A stretch of DNA of 64,000 nucleotides, from NCBI GenBank assembly GCA_943788985.1, contig CALSSJ010000036.1, positions 96,058 to 160,057 on the forward strand, written 5' to 3'. How positions within the stretch are numbered: the stretch's first letter is position 1; each line of letters opens with the position of its first letter. Positions 54,609 through 64,000 of this stretch are shown here, piece after piece. Origin of the DNA: an uncultured Lentisphaerales bacterium (GTDB lineage Bacteria > Verrucomicrobiota > Lentisphaeria > JABSQK01 > UBA12247). Both the position numbers and the translations under genes were made by a program. A model generated the notes under the pieces. That model saw only the letters and a list, made by a program, of their open reading frames with translations, was not told the DNA's origin and made no database searches.

Positions 54609-56045
54609 GTGGTTAGTGCTTACTTTCGCTTCTTTCCCCTGCAGCCAATCAGCGCGGAGCTCAAAATCAAACAGAATCACATCCAGCGAATCTTCTGGTG
54701 CGTCCTCCTTTTCGCCGCCGCAGTCTGCCGCTGGCTGGCTGGCGGCGATCCGTCGGACACACTGAAGATTCACATGGCGGTCGCGTCGGCCATCGCAGAA
54801 GGCGAGGCTTGGGGGATGCAGGCGCTCGTGGGCCTAATCGAGTATCCTCCCCTGCCAACCTTCGCAGTCCTGCTCGCACACTCGATAGTGCCAGATGCCC
54901 TCCATCCGTATCTGCAACCACAGCTTGTCCTAGTAACCATCGCTCAGGTATGGATCGCGAACTACGCAGCGAGAATAGTGGCCGTACAGCGCCCCAGCCT
55001 GAGTCCCCGCCTGGCCGGAGCCGGAGCCGCTTTCCTTATTTTAATTGGGCTACAAGGCACTGCAGTCGACTCCTCCTACGTACTGATGCTGCCCGCGGTT
55101 GCGGCTGCGTATCATCTCTGCAAGTGGCACCGCGAGCACCACATTCGCGACTTCTCTGTCGTCGCATTGAATGGTAGCCTCCTTCTTTTATGCGGCCCGG
55201 TTGGTCTTGTCGCGGCGCTGCTTCTAATCTTCACAATGGCAACCTCCATGAAGTCTCAGCCGGAGTGGAAGAGCGGCTATCGCCTCCTTCTGTTCTCGCC
55301 AGCGCTTTACGTGGCGATTCTTTTCCCGCTGGTGAACTATCTAATTATGGACCGCCCACTTTTCTGGCTCACCAGAGGCATCGGCAGACTCACGGTCCCT
55401 CCTGTAGAATGGCCCCTCCTCTGCTGCGTAACAGTCGGTGGCGCAATCGCAATTTTTGGCAAGCAGCCACTGCTGCGGCTTAGCGGTGCATGGCTAAGCT
55501 GTTCGGCCGCTGTGATGACCTACGGAGCAGGGATCTTTGCGGGCCAACCGAGTGCCATGGCTCTCCCAGCGCTCTTACTTGGCCTGGCTGCCTTCACTGA
55601 CACCAAGCTCAAGACGCTTGCCCGTTCTGGGAGCGTGCTGGCTATTGTCGCCTGTTGCTACCTGTTAGGAAAGGGAGATGCGAACGCCGCATTCGCGCAC
55701 GGCTATCCGAGCGCGGCCAAACTTATCGAGTTGGCTGACCGACGCTGGGCACAGTCCCGCATTCTCGTTCACGACATGCGCACCGCAGCAATCTACCGCC
55801 CACTCATCGGTGACCGCCTGGTCATTTCCCTCTCCTACCGCCAGGAATGGACGCGTGCACTGATCGAAGCAGAACAGATGCACCTACTGGTGCCGCCAGA
55901 CAATGGCCAGTTTTACGGTCCCAACGGCGCCCTGGCCCAACTACACAGCGAGGGCCACCAAGAGCAATGGCTGCTGCTTGAGCGCCAATGGAAAAACGGC
56001 TGGCAACTCTGGCGTTGTCTCAGAAGCCAGCCCGAGCCGCGCTGA
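54609..56045 (+). CDS. Polytopic membrane protein (possibly GT-C fold)
   Basis: About ten hydrophobic segments, YPPLP loop motif and soluble C-terminal domain. Confidence 0.6.
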   Translation: MVSAYFRFFPLQPISAELKIKQNHIQRIFWCVLLFAAAVCRWLAGGDPSDTLKIHMAVASAIAEGEAWGMQALVGLIEYPPLPTFAVLLAHSIVPDALHPYLQPQLVLVTIAQVWIANYAARIVAVQRPSLSPRLAGAGAAFLILIGLQGTAVDSSYVLMLPAVAAAYHLCKWHREHHIRDFSVVALNGSLLLLCGPVGLVAALLLIFTMATSMKSQPEWKSGYRLLLFSPALYVAILFPLVNYLIMDRPLFWLTRGIGRLTVPPVEWPLLCCVTVGGAIAIFGKQPLLRLSGAWLSCSAAVMTYGAGIFAGQPSAMALPALLLGLAAFTDTKLKTLARSGSVLAIVACCYLLGKGDANAAFAHGYPSAAKLIELADRRWAQSRILVHDMRTAAIYRPLIGDRLVISLSYRQEWTRALIEAEQMHLLVPPDNGQFYGPNGALAQLHSEGHQEQWLLLERQWKNGWQLWRCLRSQPEPR

Positions 56046-56310
56046 AACACTTCCGGGGCTGCTGCCGATTGCGCATTGCATCCTCGTTCAAGTGGGGTAC
56101 ATTTGTCGCCGTTGCAGCGGCCCACCTTTTCGTTGGGTTGCAGCGAGGGCGATGCGCCCGAACGAATCACATCCGATTCAGTCCAAATCCGCTCGAAATG
56201 GGCGGTTTACAAATCCCACGATCTGATGACGCATTCGCGTCAAGCTTCTTCTCACGCAGCTCGCCGCAGCTGGCAGCGTGTTGTGATTTTCTAAGTAAGA
56301 GGACCCATTC

Positions 56311-58047
56311 ATGAGCGACGAGAACGCCGCCCCAACACCACCCCCTGCTAAACCGGCTGCTAAAGCAGCGGCAAAACCAACTGCAAAACCTGCCGAGAAG
56401 CCCGCAGCCAAGCCGGAAGCCTCAGCCTCCAAGAGCGAGTCTCGAGCAGACGGCGAGCGTAGCGGTGAACGCAGTGGTGGCGGTGAACGCGGCGGTGGCG
56501 GAGAACGCAGTGGTGGCGGTGAACGCAGTAGTGGCGGTGAACGCGGCGGTGGCGGTGAACGCGGCGGTGGCGGTGAGCGCGGCAGAGGCCGGGGAGATCG
56601 CAGAGGAGACCGCGATGGTGGCGAGCGCAACCACGACGGAGGCGAAGGCGGCGATAAGCGGCGACGCTACCGCAATAAAAAGAAACGCAGCGGCGGCGGC
56701 AACAGCAACCGCTTTGCACGCGGCCCCAAGATCGATTTCAGCAAGGAAATCGTCATCGACGACGACACCAAATGCGTAAACCTTAGTGATTTTCACACGC
56801 GCAGCTTCAGGGAACTGGCCACAGCCGCCAGCGCCCTCGGTGTCGAGAACGTTGGGAATCTGACCAAGCAACAGCTCACCTGGCAGATTCTGCGGAATGC
56901 GGAAGAAAAGCCAGACTACGTGAAAACGGAAGGTGTGCTGGAAATGAAGGGCGACGGGCGCGGCTACCTACGGTCCCCGATGTTCAACTACCAGCCAAGC
57001 GTAGACGAGAAGGATGACATCTTCGTCAGTCCGGTCCTCGTTCGACGCTACAGCCTACGCAATGGCGACTCATTGGCCGGCTACGTACAGCCACCCGCCG
57101 AGGGTGAGCATGTATACGCTCTGATTCGCATCGATTCAGTCAACGGAGATGATCCCGAGAAGAAGAAGAGCATCGTCCGCTTCGAGAACCTGACTCCACT
57201 GTTTCCCAATGAGCGATTGCTCTTGGAGAACAAGGCCGCCTCCCAGGATGACTTGTCGATGCGCATCGTGGATCTGATCACCCCGATTGGCAAGGGCCAG
57301 CGCGGATTGATCGTAGCGCCTCCGCGCACAGGGAAAACGGTGCTGATGCAGAAGATTGCCAACGCGGTCGCCGCGAATAATCCTGAGGTGTACCTGATCG
57401 TTCTGTTGGTCGATGAGCGCCCGGAAGAAGTCACGGACATGCAGCGCAATGTGCGCGGCGAGGTCGTCAGCTCCACATTTGACGAGCACCCAAAGCGCCA
57501 CGTGCAGCTTTCAGAGCTTGTGATCGACAAAGCCCGGCGTCTAGTTGAACATGGCCGCGATGTCGTGATCTTGCTCGACAGTATCACCCGCCTTGGTCGT
57601 GCCTACAACACGCTAGAGCCAAACAGCGGGCGCATTCTATCCGGCGGTGTCGATGCCAATGCACTGCACAAACCACGACGAATCTTCGCGGCAGCCAGAA
57701 ATACCGAAGAAAGCGGCAGCCTGACGATCATTGCTACCGCACTGATCGAAACCGGCAGCAAGATGGACGAGGTCATCTTTGAAGAATTCAAAGGCACCGG
57801 TAACTTGGAACTGGTGCTTGATCGCCAGATCAGTGACAAACGCATCTTCCCCGCCATCAATATGGGCAAGTCTGGCACGCGGAAGGAAGATCTCCTGGTT
57901 CATGAAGATGAACTTGCGCGCATCTACCAACTGCGTCGCGCCTTCTCCGAGCTTCCCCCAGAAGTCTGCATGCAGACTCTGTGCAAGAAGCTCAAAGAAA
58001 CCAACGACAATATCACATTCCTCATGCAGCTTAAATCCGTGAACTGA
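56311..58047 (+). CDS. rho: Transcription termination factor Rho with low-complexity N-terminal extension
   Basis: GVLE...[39 protein letters not shown] and FEEFKGTGN. Confidence 0.97.
   Translation: MSDENAAPTPPPAKPAAKAAAKPTAKPAEKPAAKPEASASKSESRADGERSGERSGGGERGGGGERSGGGERSSGGERGGGGERGGGGERGRGRGDRRGDRDGGERNHDGGEGGDKRRRYRNKKKRSGGGNSNRFARGPKIDFSKEIVIDDDTKCVNLSDFHTRSFRELATAASALGVENVGNLTKQQLTWQILRNAEEKPDYVKTEGVLEMKGDGRGYLRSPMFNYQPSVDEKDDIFVSPVLVRRYSLRNGDSLAGYVQPPAEGEHVYALIRIDSVNGDDPEKKKSIVRFENLTPLFPNERLLLENKAASQDDLSMRIVDLITPIGKGQRGLIVAPPRTGKTVLMQKIANAVAANNPEVYLIVLLVDERPEEVTDMQRNVRGEVVSSTFDEHPKRHVQLSELVIDKARRLVEHGRDVVILLDSITRLGRAYNTLEPNSGRILSGGVDANALHKPRRIFAAARNTEESGSLTIIATALIETGSKMDEVIFEEFKGTGNLELVLDRQISDKRIFPAINMGKSGTRKEDLLVHEDELARIYQLRRAFSELPPEVCMQTLCKKLKETNDNITFLMQLKSVN
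56464..56589 (+). repeat. 18-nt tandem repeat x7 encoding GER(S/G)GG
   Basis: ggtgaacgc(a/g)g(t/c)ggtggc units, six near-perfect plus one degenerate. Confidence 0.9.
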
Positions 58048-58054
58048 CCCGGGT

Positions 58055-58723
58055 ATGGCAAAAAAGGATGATATTTGGTACGCGGTGAACACCACCCAGG
58101 TGATTCGCCGGCCGCAAAAGACGCTGGAGACCTTCGGCGCTACGCAGATTCGTTACTATCTGCTCGCTGAATTACTGGACACTCCCAACGCGATCCGAGT
58201 ACGCGAGGGGACTCTGTACTCCGAGCGACCGCAAATAATCACCCCGTCCCAATATGCGAACTCCGTGCTCAACGGGTTCGGAGAGAAGGCCGAGGAGTAT
58301 GCAAGCTGGCTGCGTAACCACGGTGAATTGCTTGGCATCATCAAGTACGGTCTTCAGTTCCGGCGTGAGGTAGATCATGAAGTCGTCATTCATGACACCC
58401 TCGAGAATGTCAGCCACCACGTCTGCGACAAATGCGAAGCTGATACTCTCGCGGCAGTCCTCGTGGGTGCCGATGAACTTTGGGAGGTTTCCCTTCTCAA
58501 GTTTGGCGTCGATTTCATTCAGCAGTCTGCGCCAACCAACCTTCAGGAGTTCACCGGCCGCCAGATCCAACGAACGAATGCTCTTGATCAGGAGATTGAA
58601 GATGCCTTCCGCGCGGCACTCATGAACAAGACGAGCATCGATTATCTCGGAGAGCTCTTGCGAAAATCCGGAAAATTTGAACAGTATGAGGACCGCTTCT
58701 TTGCGTTACTCCGAGATCGTTAA
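58055..58723 (+). CDS. Hypothetical protein
   Basis: 222-aa ORF tightly following rho; LETFGAT.I.YYL and FEQYEDRFF look like conserved motifs. Confidence 0.75.
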   Translation: MAKKDDIWYAVNTTQVIRRPQKTLETFGATQIRYYLLAELLDTPNAIRVREGTLYSERPQIITPSQYANSVLNGFGEKAEEYASWLRNHGELLGIIKYGLQFRREVDHEVVIHDTLENVSHHVCDKCEADTLAAVLVGADELWEVSLLKFGVDFIQQSAPTNLQEFTGRQIQRTNALDQEIEDAFRAALMNKTSIDYLGELLRKSGKFEQYEDRFFALLRDR

Positions 58724-58745
58724 CCCCACACAGGAATTCCACCCC

Positions 58746-59135
58746 ATGAATTTGCTCCGCACACTCCTTCTCTCTACCGCTCTGGCGTTGGTCCTCGTCT
58801 CCGCGACCGGGTGTATCGCGCTGGTTGCAGGCGGTGCCGCAGCGAGCGGGGTCGCCTACAATAAGAACAAGGCTACCTCCGTTCAGGCGCGGTCCATCAC
58901 GGACCTCTACTCCGCCACACTCGCCGCCATGCGTCAGCTCGAGCTCCAGCCGCAGGAAAATACCAAGGATGCCCTCACCGCCAAGGTCACTGCCTACACT
59001 GCCGACGGCAAAGAAATTCGCGTAGCCCTCAAGAAGCTCTCCGGCGAGACCACGGAGATCAAGGTCGCGGTTGGCATCGTGGGTGACTCCCACCGCGCAG
59101 ATCAGGTTCTCGAAGCCATTCTGGACAATTTGTAG
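58746..59135 (+). CDS. DUF3568-family lipoprotein
   Basis: Lipobox ATGC, AGGAAASGVAY, and TEIKVAVGIVGD. Confidence 0.75.
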   Translation: MNLLRTLLLSTALALVLVSATGCIALVAGGAAASGVAYNKNKATSVQARSITDLYSATLAAMRQLELQPQENTKDALTAKVTAYTADGKEIRVALKKLSGETTEIKVAVGIVGDSHRADQVLEAILDNL

Positions 59136-59137
59136 TC

Positions 59138-60175
59138 GTGTCAGACCAAGACTGCGGAGCCGACTGCGGGCATGATAATGACAATGATCACGGCCCCGGA
59201 GGCTTTATCCTCCCACAACGTCCGCGGCGCCTGCGCCGTTCGTCTGCCTCTCGCGCTCTGATTCGCGAGACATTTCTCACTCCCGGTGACCTCATCGCCC
59301 CCCTTTTCGTCATCGACGGCCAGAGTCGCCGTGAGCCCATCCCCTCGATGCCCGGACAGTTTCGACTTTCGATCGATCAGCTCATCCAGGAATGTTCTGA
59401 ACTCCACTCGCTGGGCGTACCAGCGGTAAACCTGTTTGGCTACTGCACGACCAAGGACGCCAGCGGCACCGAGGCCTGGAACCCGGATGGGCTCGTCCAA
59501 CGGGCGATTCGCGCGCTGAAGGATTCCGTACCACAGATCTGTGTGCAAACTGATATTGCGCTCGATCCCTATACCACCCACGGCCACGATGGCCTGCTCA
59601 TTGACGGTGAAATCGCGAACGACGAATCCGTCTCTGCCCTCTGTGAAATGGCTCTTTCTCATGCCGAAGCAGGCGTAGACTGGGTTGCACCTAGCGACAT
59701 GATGGACGGCCGCATCGGCGCGCTCCGGATGGCGCTTGAGCAGACCGGTCATACCGGTGTGGGCATTCTTGCGTACTCCGCAAAATACGCATCCGCTTTT
59801 TACGGCCCATTTCGCGATGCACTCCAATCCGCACCGAGCAGCGGCGATAAAAAGTCCTACCAGATGGACCCGGCAAATTCCCGCGAGGCGGTTCACGAAG
59901 TCACGCTGGACATCGAGGAAGGTGCCGACGTCGTCATGATTAAACCCGCCCTAGCCTATCTGGATATCATCTCTCAGGTAAGCGACATGTCTCAGGTTCC
60001 GGTCGCCGCCTACAACGTCTCTGGCGAATACGCGATGGCGCACGCAGCAGCGGCAAACGGCTGGCTGGACTTAGAATCCGTCATGATGGAAATGTTGATC
60101 TCGATCAAGCGCGCAGGTGCAGACATGATCCTGACCTACTTTGCCAAAGACGCCGCCATGGTTCTAAACCGTTAG
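59138..60175 (+). CDS. hemB: Porphobilinogen synthase (Asp-rich, non-zinc type)
   Basis: RPRRLR, DIALDPYTTHGHDG, APSDMMDGR, SAKYASAFYGPFRDA, MIKP and AYNVSGEY. Confidence 0.95.
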   Translation: MSDQDCGADCGHDNDNDHGPGGFILPQRPRRLRRSSASRALIRETFLTPGDLIAPLFVIDGQSRREPIPSMPGQFRLSIDQLIQECSELHSLGVPAVNLFGYCTTKDASGTEAWNPDGLVQRAIRALKDSVPQICVQTDIALDPYTTHGHDGLLIDGEIANDESVSALCEMALSHAEAGVDWVAPSDMMDGRIGALRMALEQTGHTGVGILAYSAKYASAFYGPFRDALQSAPSSGDKKSYQMDPANSREAVHEVTLDIEEGADVVMIKPALAYLDIISQVSDMSQVPVAAYNVSGEYAMAHAAAANGWLDLESVMMEMLISIKRAGADMILTYFAKDAAMVLNR

Positions 60176-60213
60176 CCCATGGCCATCGTATCCGAAGCAC
60201 AAAAGGTCACTGC

Positions 60214-60886
60214 GTGAGGCCACGCGGCCCAATTGCAATCGATGGCCCGGCCGCCAGCGGCAAGAGCACAGTCGCACGCGGACTTGCTCACGAGCTGTCC
60301 GGCTGCTACATCAGCACTGGTGAGATGTATCGTGCGGTTACCTGGCTTGCCCAATCCGCGAGCGTGGCGCCCGATGCCCCGAGCCTCGGTGAACTCCTCG
60401 CCCGAACCTGCCTCGCCCTAGAGATTGATCAGGAACAGGCGCGGCTACTGATCAACGGCAGCCCTCCCCCCCAAACCGCATTGCGAACTCCGCAAGTAAG
60501 CGAAGCAGTCAGCCACTATGCCCAGCAGTCCTGCGTGCGCGACTGGCTGATTCACCATCAGCGCGAAGCTTCTAATCAGGGTCTGGTAATCATGGAGGGC
60601 CGGGACATCGGAACCGTAGTATTCCCCGATGCTCCCTACAAGTTCTTCATAACCGCGACGCCGGAAGAACGCGCACGACGCCGCCTAGCGCAATCTGGCG
60701 AGGTCAGCACCGCGGACCTCGCAACCGTTGCGGCCGCCATCGCCGAGCGTGATCGCATGGACAGCCAGCGAGCGCTCGCACCGCTGCGCCAGGGCCGACG
60801 ACGCTGTCCTCGTAGACACCACCACACTTTCGGTACCCGGGGTGGTCCTGTCTCTTCGTCAGCACATCGAAGAACACGCTGAATAA
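60214..60886 (+). CDS. cmk: Cytidylate kinase (extra G at about 60792)
   Basis: IAIDGPAASGKST, TGEMYRA, MEGRDIGTVVFPDA and RDRMDSQR..APL; corrected tail ADDAVLVDTT. Confidence 0.9.
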
Positions 60887-60906
60887 CCCCAGCTGCGACG
60901 CGTCAT

Positions 60907-61473
60907 ATGGACACCAGCCAGATCAACAACCTGATCACCCAAGCCCAGGGCGGAGATGATGATGCCTACGCCGAGCTATATGAGTTGCACCGCAAGACCG
61001 TTTACGCCATCGGCTATCGCCTTGTTGGGCCAGACGACGCCGATGACGTGGTCATGGACACATTTCTCAAATCGTGGAAATCCATCCCCGGCTTCAATCG
61101 CAAGTCCAAGTTCAACACCTGGCTCTATCGCATCGCCCACAACTGCGCCACAGACATGCTACGCAAGCGGAAACGCAATCGCGAGCACGTCATGGCCGAA
61201 GACGAGTACGATAGCCGCACGCTCGACCATTTTCATGACAAGACAGCGCCAGAACCCGGTGCCGACCTCGCAAACACCGAAGAGAATTCCATCGTTCAGC
61301 AATGCATTCGCAAGCTCGATAATCCCTACCGCACGATTCTGCTGCTACGCTATGCCGATGAGCTTTCCTACGCAGAGATCGCAGCAGCCATGGATTCGTC
61401 GCTCGGAACGGTCATGTCCCGCCTTTTCTACGCCAAACGCAAGCTGAAGAAACTCGTAAATGAGCTACTGTAG
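60907..61473 (+). CDS. ECF RNA polymerase sigma factor
   Basis: ADDVVMDTFLK, KFNTWLYRIAHN, LSYAEIA and GTVMSRLFYA. Confidence 0.9.
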   Translation: MDTSQINNLITQAQGGDDDAYAELYELHRKTVYAIGYRLVGPDDADDVVMDTFLKSWKSIPGFNRKSKFNTWLYRIAHNCATDMLRKRKRNREHVMAEDEYDSRTLDHFHDKTAPEPGADLANTEENSIVQQCIRKLDNPYRTILLLRYADELSYAEIAAAMDSSLGTVMSRLFYAKRKLKKLVNELL

Positions 61474-61500
61474 CTTCCCCCCCCCGACCGGAGCATAACC

Positions 61501-61893
61501 ATGCGACACGCCCTCCCAGTTTTCTGTTTACTCCTTACGCTTACTGTGCTTAGCGCCAGCGCCGGCCCGCGCGTGCGCGTCGTCCTCGCCACAAACAATG
61601 GTGAGGGTATTGATGGCGGGCTCAGCGATGTCACAGGCTCCCTAGGCATCCTCAAGTTCACGCGCTTCCAGCTTGTCGAGTCTAAATCTGTTGCAGTTGG
61701 TGGTGTGACCTCACTGGCACACGGTCTCACGCTGAAATGCTCGGGCACTCCGACCGCTTACCACGTCGCTGTGTTTCGACGCGGAAGCAAGGTCACCCAC
61801 GCCGATATATCTCTCTCGGCCAAACGCCCGCTCATCGTCGGTGGTATCCCCCACGGCGACGGAAAAATCATGCTGATTCTGAGCACCAACTAA
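61501..61893 (+). CDS. Hypothetical secreted protein
   Basis: Signal peptide, RBS GGAG and beta-rich mature domain. Confidence 0.7.
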   Translation: MRHALPVFCLLLTLTVLSASAGPRVRVVLATNNGEGIDGGLSDVTGSLGILKFTRFQLVESKSVAVGGVTSLAHGLTLKCSGTPTAYHVAVFRRGSKVTHADISLSAKRPLIVGGIPHGDGKIMLILSTN

Positions 61894-62723
61894 GCACCCA
61901 ACGCGTTCCAAAGTCGCGGAATAGCAAGCGCACCAGAGCTCTCCCAGACCGATTCACTCATTCAGTACTCGTCGCGTCTCTGCTTGCCTGCCAAGTTTTC
62001 GCAAGCGCCAAATTGATCAGCAGCATCGACGACGTCGGCGGCAGGACTGGGGCAGACCCAAAAGCACCATCGCACCGTGATCAAGCCACGGCGTTCTGGG
62101 CGGCTGGCCAGGTCATTTGCCAAGAAGGATCCGGGGCCTCCACGCTCGTACGCCGCTACGCCAAGGTCAAAGGCCGCTTCTACAACGCCGCCTCCCTCGC
62201 TTCGCTCACCTCCGTCGCCCCAGTGATCTGCGACACACTCGCGCAAACCATAGATGCCGCAGACCAGAGACTGGCTGCGGCAATCGTGCTCGCGCAAGCC
62301 ATGGGGAACTATCTCGCGCACGGGCGATGAGCCACGCGCGCTGCGGGTAACCCAGCCGCAATCACAGAAGCCGAATGACTCAGCTTGAGTACGCGCTCCT
62401 GATGTACCAGCAAGAGTACGGCAAGTTTCCAAGGGTTGATGACGCTGACGATCCGATGGAGCTATTTATTTGGCCCAGCAAAACTCGATTCCTACCATGA
62501 GCCGGCCACTGCTAGGCCCAGCGGTGCCTGGCACCGCAAGATTTCCTGCTGCCACATGGAAGGCAGGCAGTCTTTCTGCTTCTCGGTGGAGAGGATGAAA
62601 CCTTTGGGACACCCGACGACATCCTTCGCCACGTCCAGATACGCGCGGATTGGCTGACTGAACTGAAAGGCCCCTCGAAGAGCCGCTAAGCGCACATTGG
62701 CCCAGACTACTCGTTGGATATTG

Positions 62724-63449
62724 TCAGCTGCCTTCGTGCCGGCCACGTGGGCGCACAGAACGCCGCTTCCACCAAACCAGCCCGAAGGTATCCGCGATCC
62801 CTACCCAAAGGCGGTTATTGATCCCGTACTTTGTGACGCCCACTTCTCGAGAACGATGCTGAACGGGCATCTCCGTGATCCGTGCGCCTTCGAGCCGGAG
62901 CAAGGTCGGAAAAAATCGATGCATGCCTCGGAATACCGGAATGCGCAGTGCGTGCTCGCGCTTGAATACACGGATGGCGCAGCCGACGTCGGTGACAGAC
63001 TCACCAGTCAGGTTGTTGCGGAAGCCGTTCGCCAGCTTGCTGCACCAAAGACGGACTTTGCTGTCCTGGCGCTTCGCGCGGATGCCGTTGACCATGTCGA
63101 CATCCTGCTCATCCATAACCGTCAGCATTTTCACCAAGTCAGCCGGAACATTCTGGCCGTCGCCGTCCAGCGTGGCCAGAAGCGGCATCTTCGCTTGGGT
63201 GAAGCCGTACGCCAGCGCTGCGGACTGGCCAAAGTTTCCGTCCAGGTCGATGACCCGATGGTGGCGATCTTCATTGGCGAAGTCCTGCATCACGTCAAGG
63301 GTGCGGTCGGTCGATCCGTCATTAATCCAGAGGCATTCCCACTCGCGGTCGAGGCCGACCATGGCGTCTGACACTTCTTGTGCGAGCGTGGGCCCTGATT
63401 CCTCTTCGTTCATGACGGGGACGATGATTGACAATCCGTCCTTGTCCAT
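62724..63449 (-). CDS. GT2 glycosyltransferase (DPM1/ArnC-like)
   Basis: SIIVPVMNEE, NDGSTD, NFGQSAA, TLDGDGQN, DVGC, MHRF and PVQHRSR. Confidence 0.9.
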   Translation of the reverse strand: MDKDGLSIIVPVMNEEESGPTLAQEVSDAMVGLDREWECLWINDGSTDRTLDVMQDFANEDRHHRVIDLDGNFGQSAALAYGFTQAKMPLLATLDGDGQNVPADLVKMLTVMDEQDVDMVNGIRAKRQDSKVRLWCSKLANGFRNNLTGESVTDVGCAIRVFKREHALRIPVFRGMHRFFPTLLRLEGARITEMPVQHRSREVGVTKYGINNRLWVGIADTFGLVWWKRRSVRPRGRHEGS

Positions 63450-63535
63450 TCTAAATCCTCAGCGATTGGGTGCGCAATAGGGTACCAATAAAGCAAGCGC
63501 CGTGCTTCGCGCACAGATGCGTGCGAAAAACCTGT

Positions 63536-63563
63536 TTGACAGGTAAAAGCACGCGTATATATT
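63536..63563 (+). promoter_or_regulatory. sigma70 promoter of tRNA-Glu
   Basis: TTGACA, 16 nt, TATATT, then a GC-rich discriminator-like stretch. Confidence 0.65.
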
Positions 63564-63579
63564 TTCCGCCCCTCGAAGC

Positions 63580-63655
63580 GACCCCATCGTCTAGAGGCCT
63601 AGGACACCGGGTTTTCATCCCGGCAACACGGGTTCGAACCCCGTTGGGGTCGCCA
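63580..63655 (+). tRNA. tRNA-Glu(TTC)
   Basis: GACCCCA/TGGGGTC acceptor stem, CCGGG-TTTTCAT-CCCGG anticodon arm, GTTCGAA T-loop and CCA end. Confidence 0.97.
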
Positions 63656-63687
63656 TTTTCTCTAGGAGAAGAGGCGCGCACAATTCC

Positions 63688-64000
63688 GTGAAAGTTTTGA
63701 TTACCGGCGGAGCCGGATTTATCGGCAGCCATATCGCGGAGCAGCTGCAGGGGCGAGCCGAAATTACGATCCTCGACAACCTGCGAACCGGCAATCCAGC
63801 CAATCTGAACGGCTTGGAATGTAGCTTCATCGAGGCGTCCATTCTGGATGATGCCGCGCTCAAGTCGGCAGTCGCTGGCGCCGACTATGTCTTTCACCTC
63901 GCGGCGCTGATCAGCGTGCCAGAGTCGATGCAAGATCCCGAGACCTGCGTCGAGCTGAACGCCACTGGCACCTTGAAGGTGCTGCGCGCAGCGGCCGATG
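63688..64000 (+). CDS. NAD-dependent epimerase/dehydratase (UDP-sugar 4-epimerase-like), runs off the window
   Basis: VKVLITGGAGFIGSH, LDNLRTG and VFHLAALISVPES; RBS AGGAG upstream. Confidence 0.9.
   Translation, partial: MKVLITGGAGFIGSHIAEQLQGRAEITILDNLRTGNPANLNGLECSFIEASILDDAALKSAVAGADYVFHLAALISVPESMQDPETCVELNATGTLKVLRAAAD

Noticed and set aside
56464..56589. Short repeats as a CRISPR array
   Set aside because: Contiguous in-frame coding repeats without spacers; no cas genes in the window.

Overview
Bacterial chromosomal segment, most likely from a PVC-superphylum organism; 16S signatures point to Lentisphaerota. It carries a minus-strand rRNA operon (16S, tRNA-Ala, garbled tRNA-Ile, 23S, 5S), tRNA-Glu, and housekeeping genes (RecQ-family helicase, ftsK, rodZ-like, mtaB, ahcY, pepN, DEAD-box helicase, aroK, rho, hemB, cmk). 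Accessory content includes a very large coiled-coil/LRR protein heading a same-strand run with a DUF5060 glycoside hydrolase and a GH3 homologue lacking its usual catalytic residues. There is also a light/UV-stress-like cluster (DUF523-DUF1722, DUF2867 SDR, UvdE, renalase-like oxidoreductase, ECF sigma/anti-sigma). Two kinds of gene disruption are visible. Single-base indels in homopolymers of conserved genes are probably long-read consensus errors. Genuinely decayed pseudogenes that the ORF track misses or fragments include an MBL hydrolase, ECF sigma, pdxH, a DUF5703-like remnant, purple acid phosphatase, a four-helix bundle gene, IS4, RAYT and a FAD oxidoreductase. No CRISPR array, prophage or intact mobile element was seen. 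All family calls come from manual motif recognition; no database searches were run.
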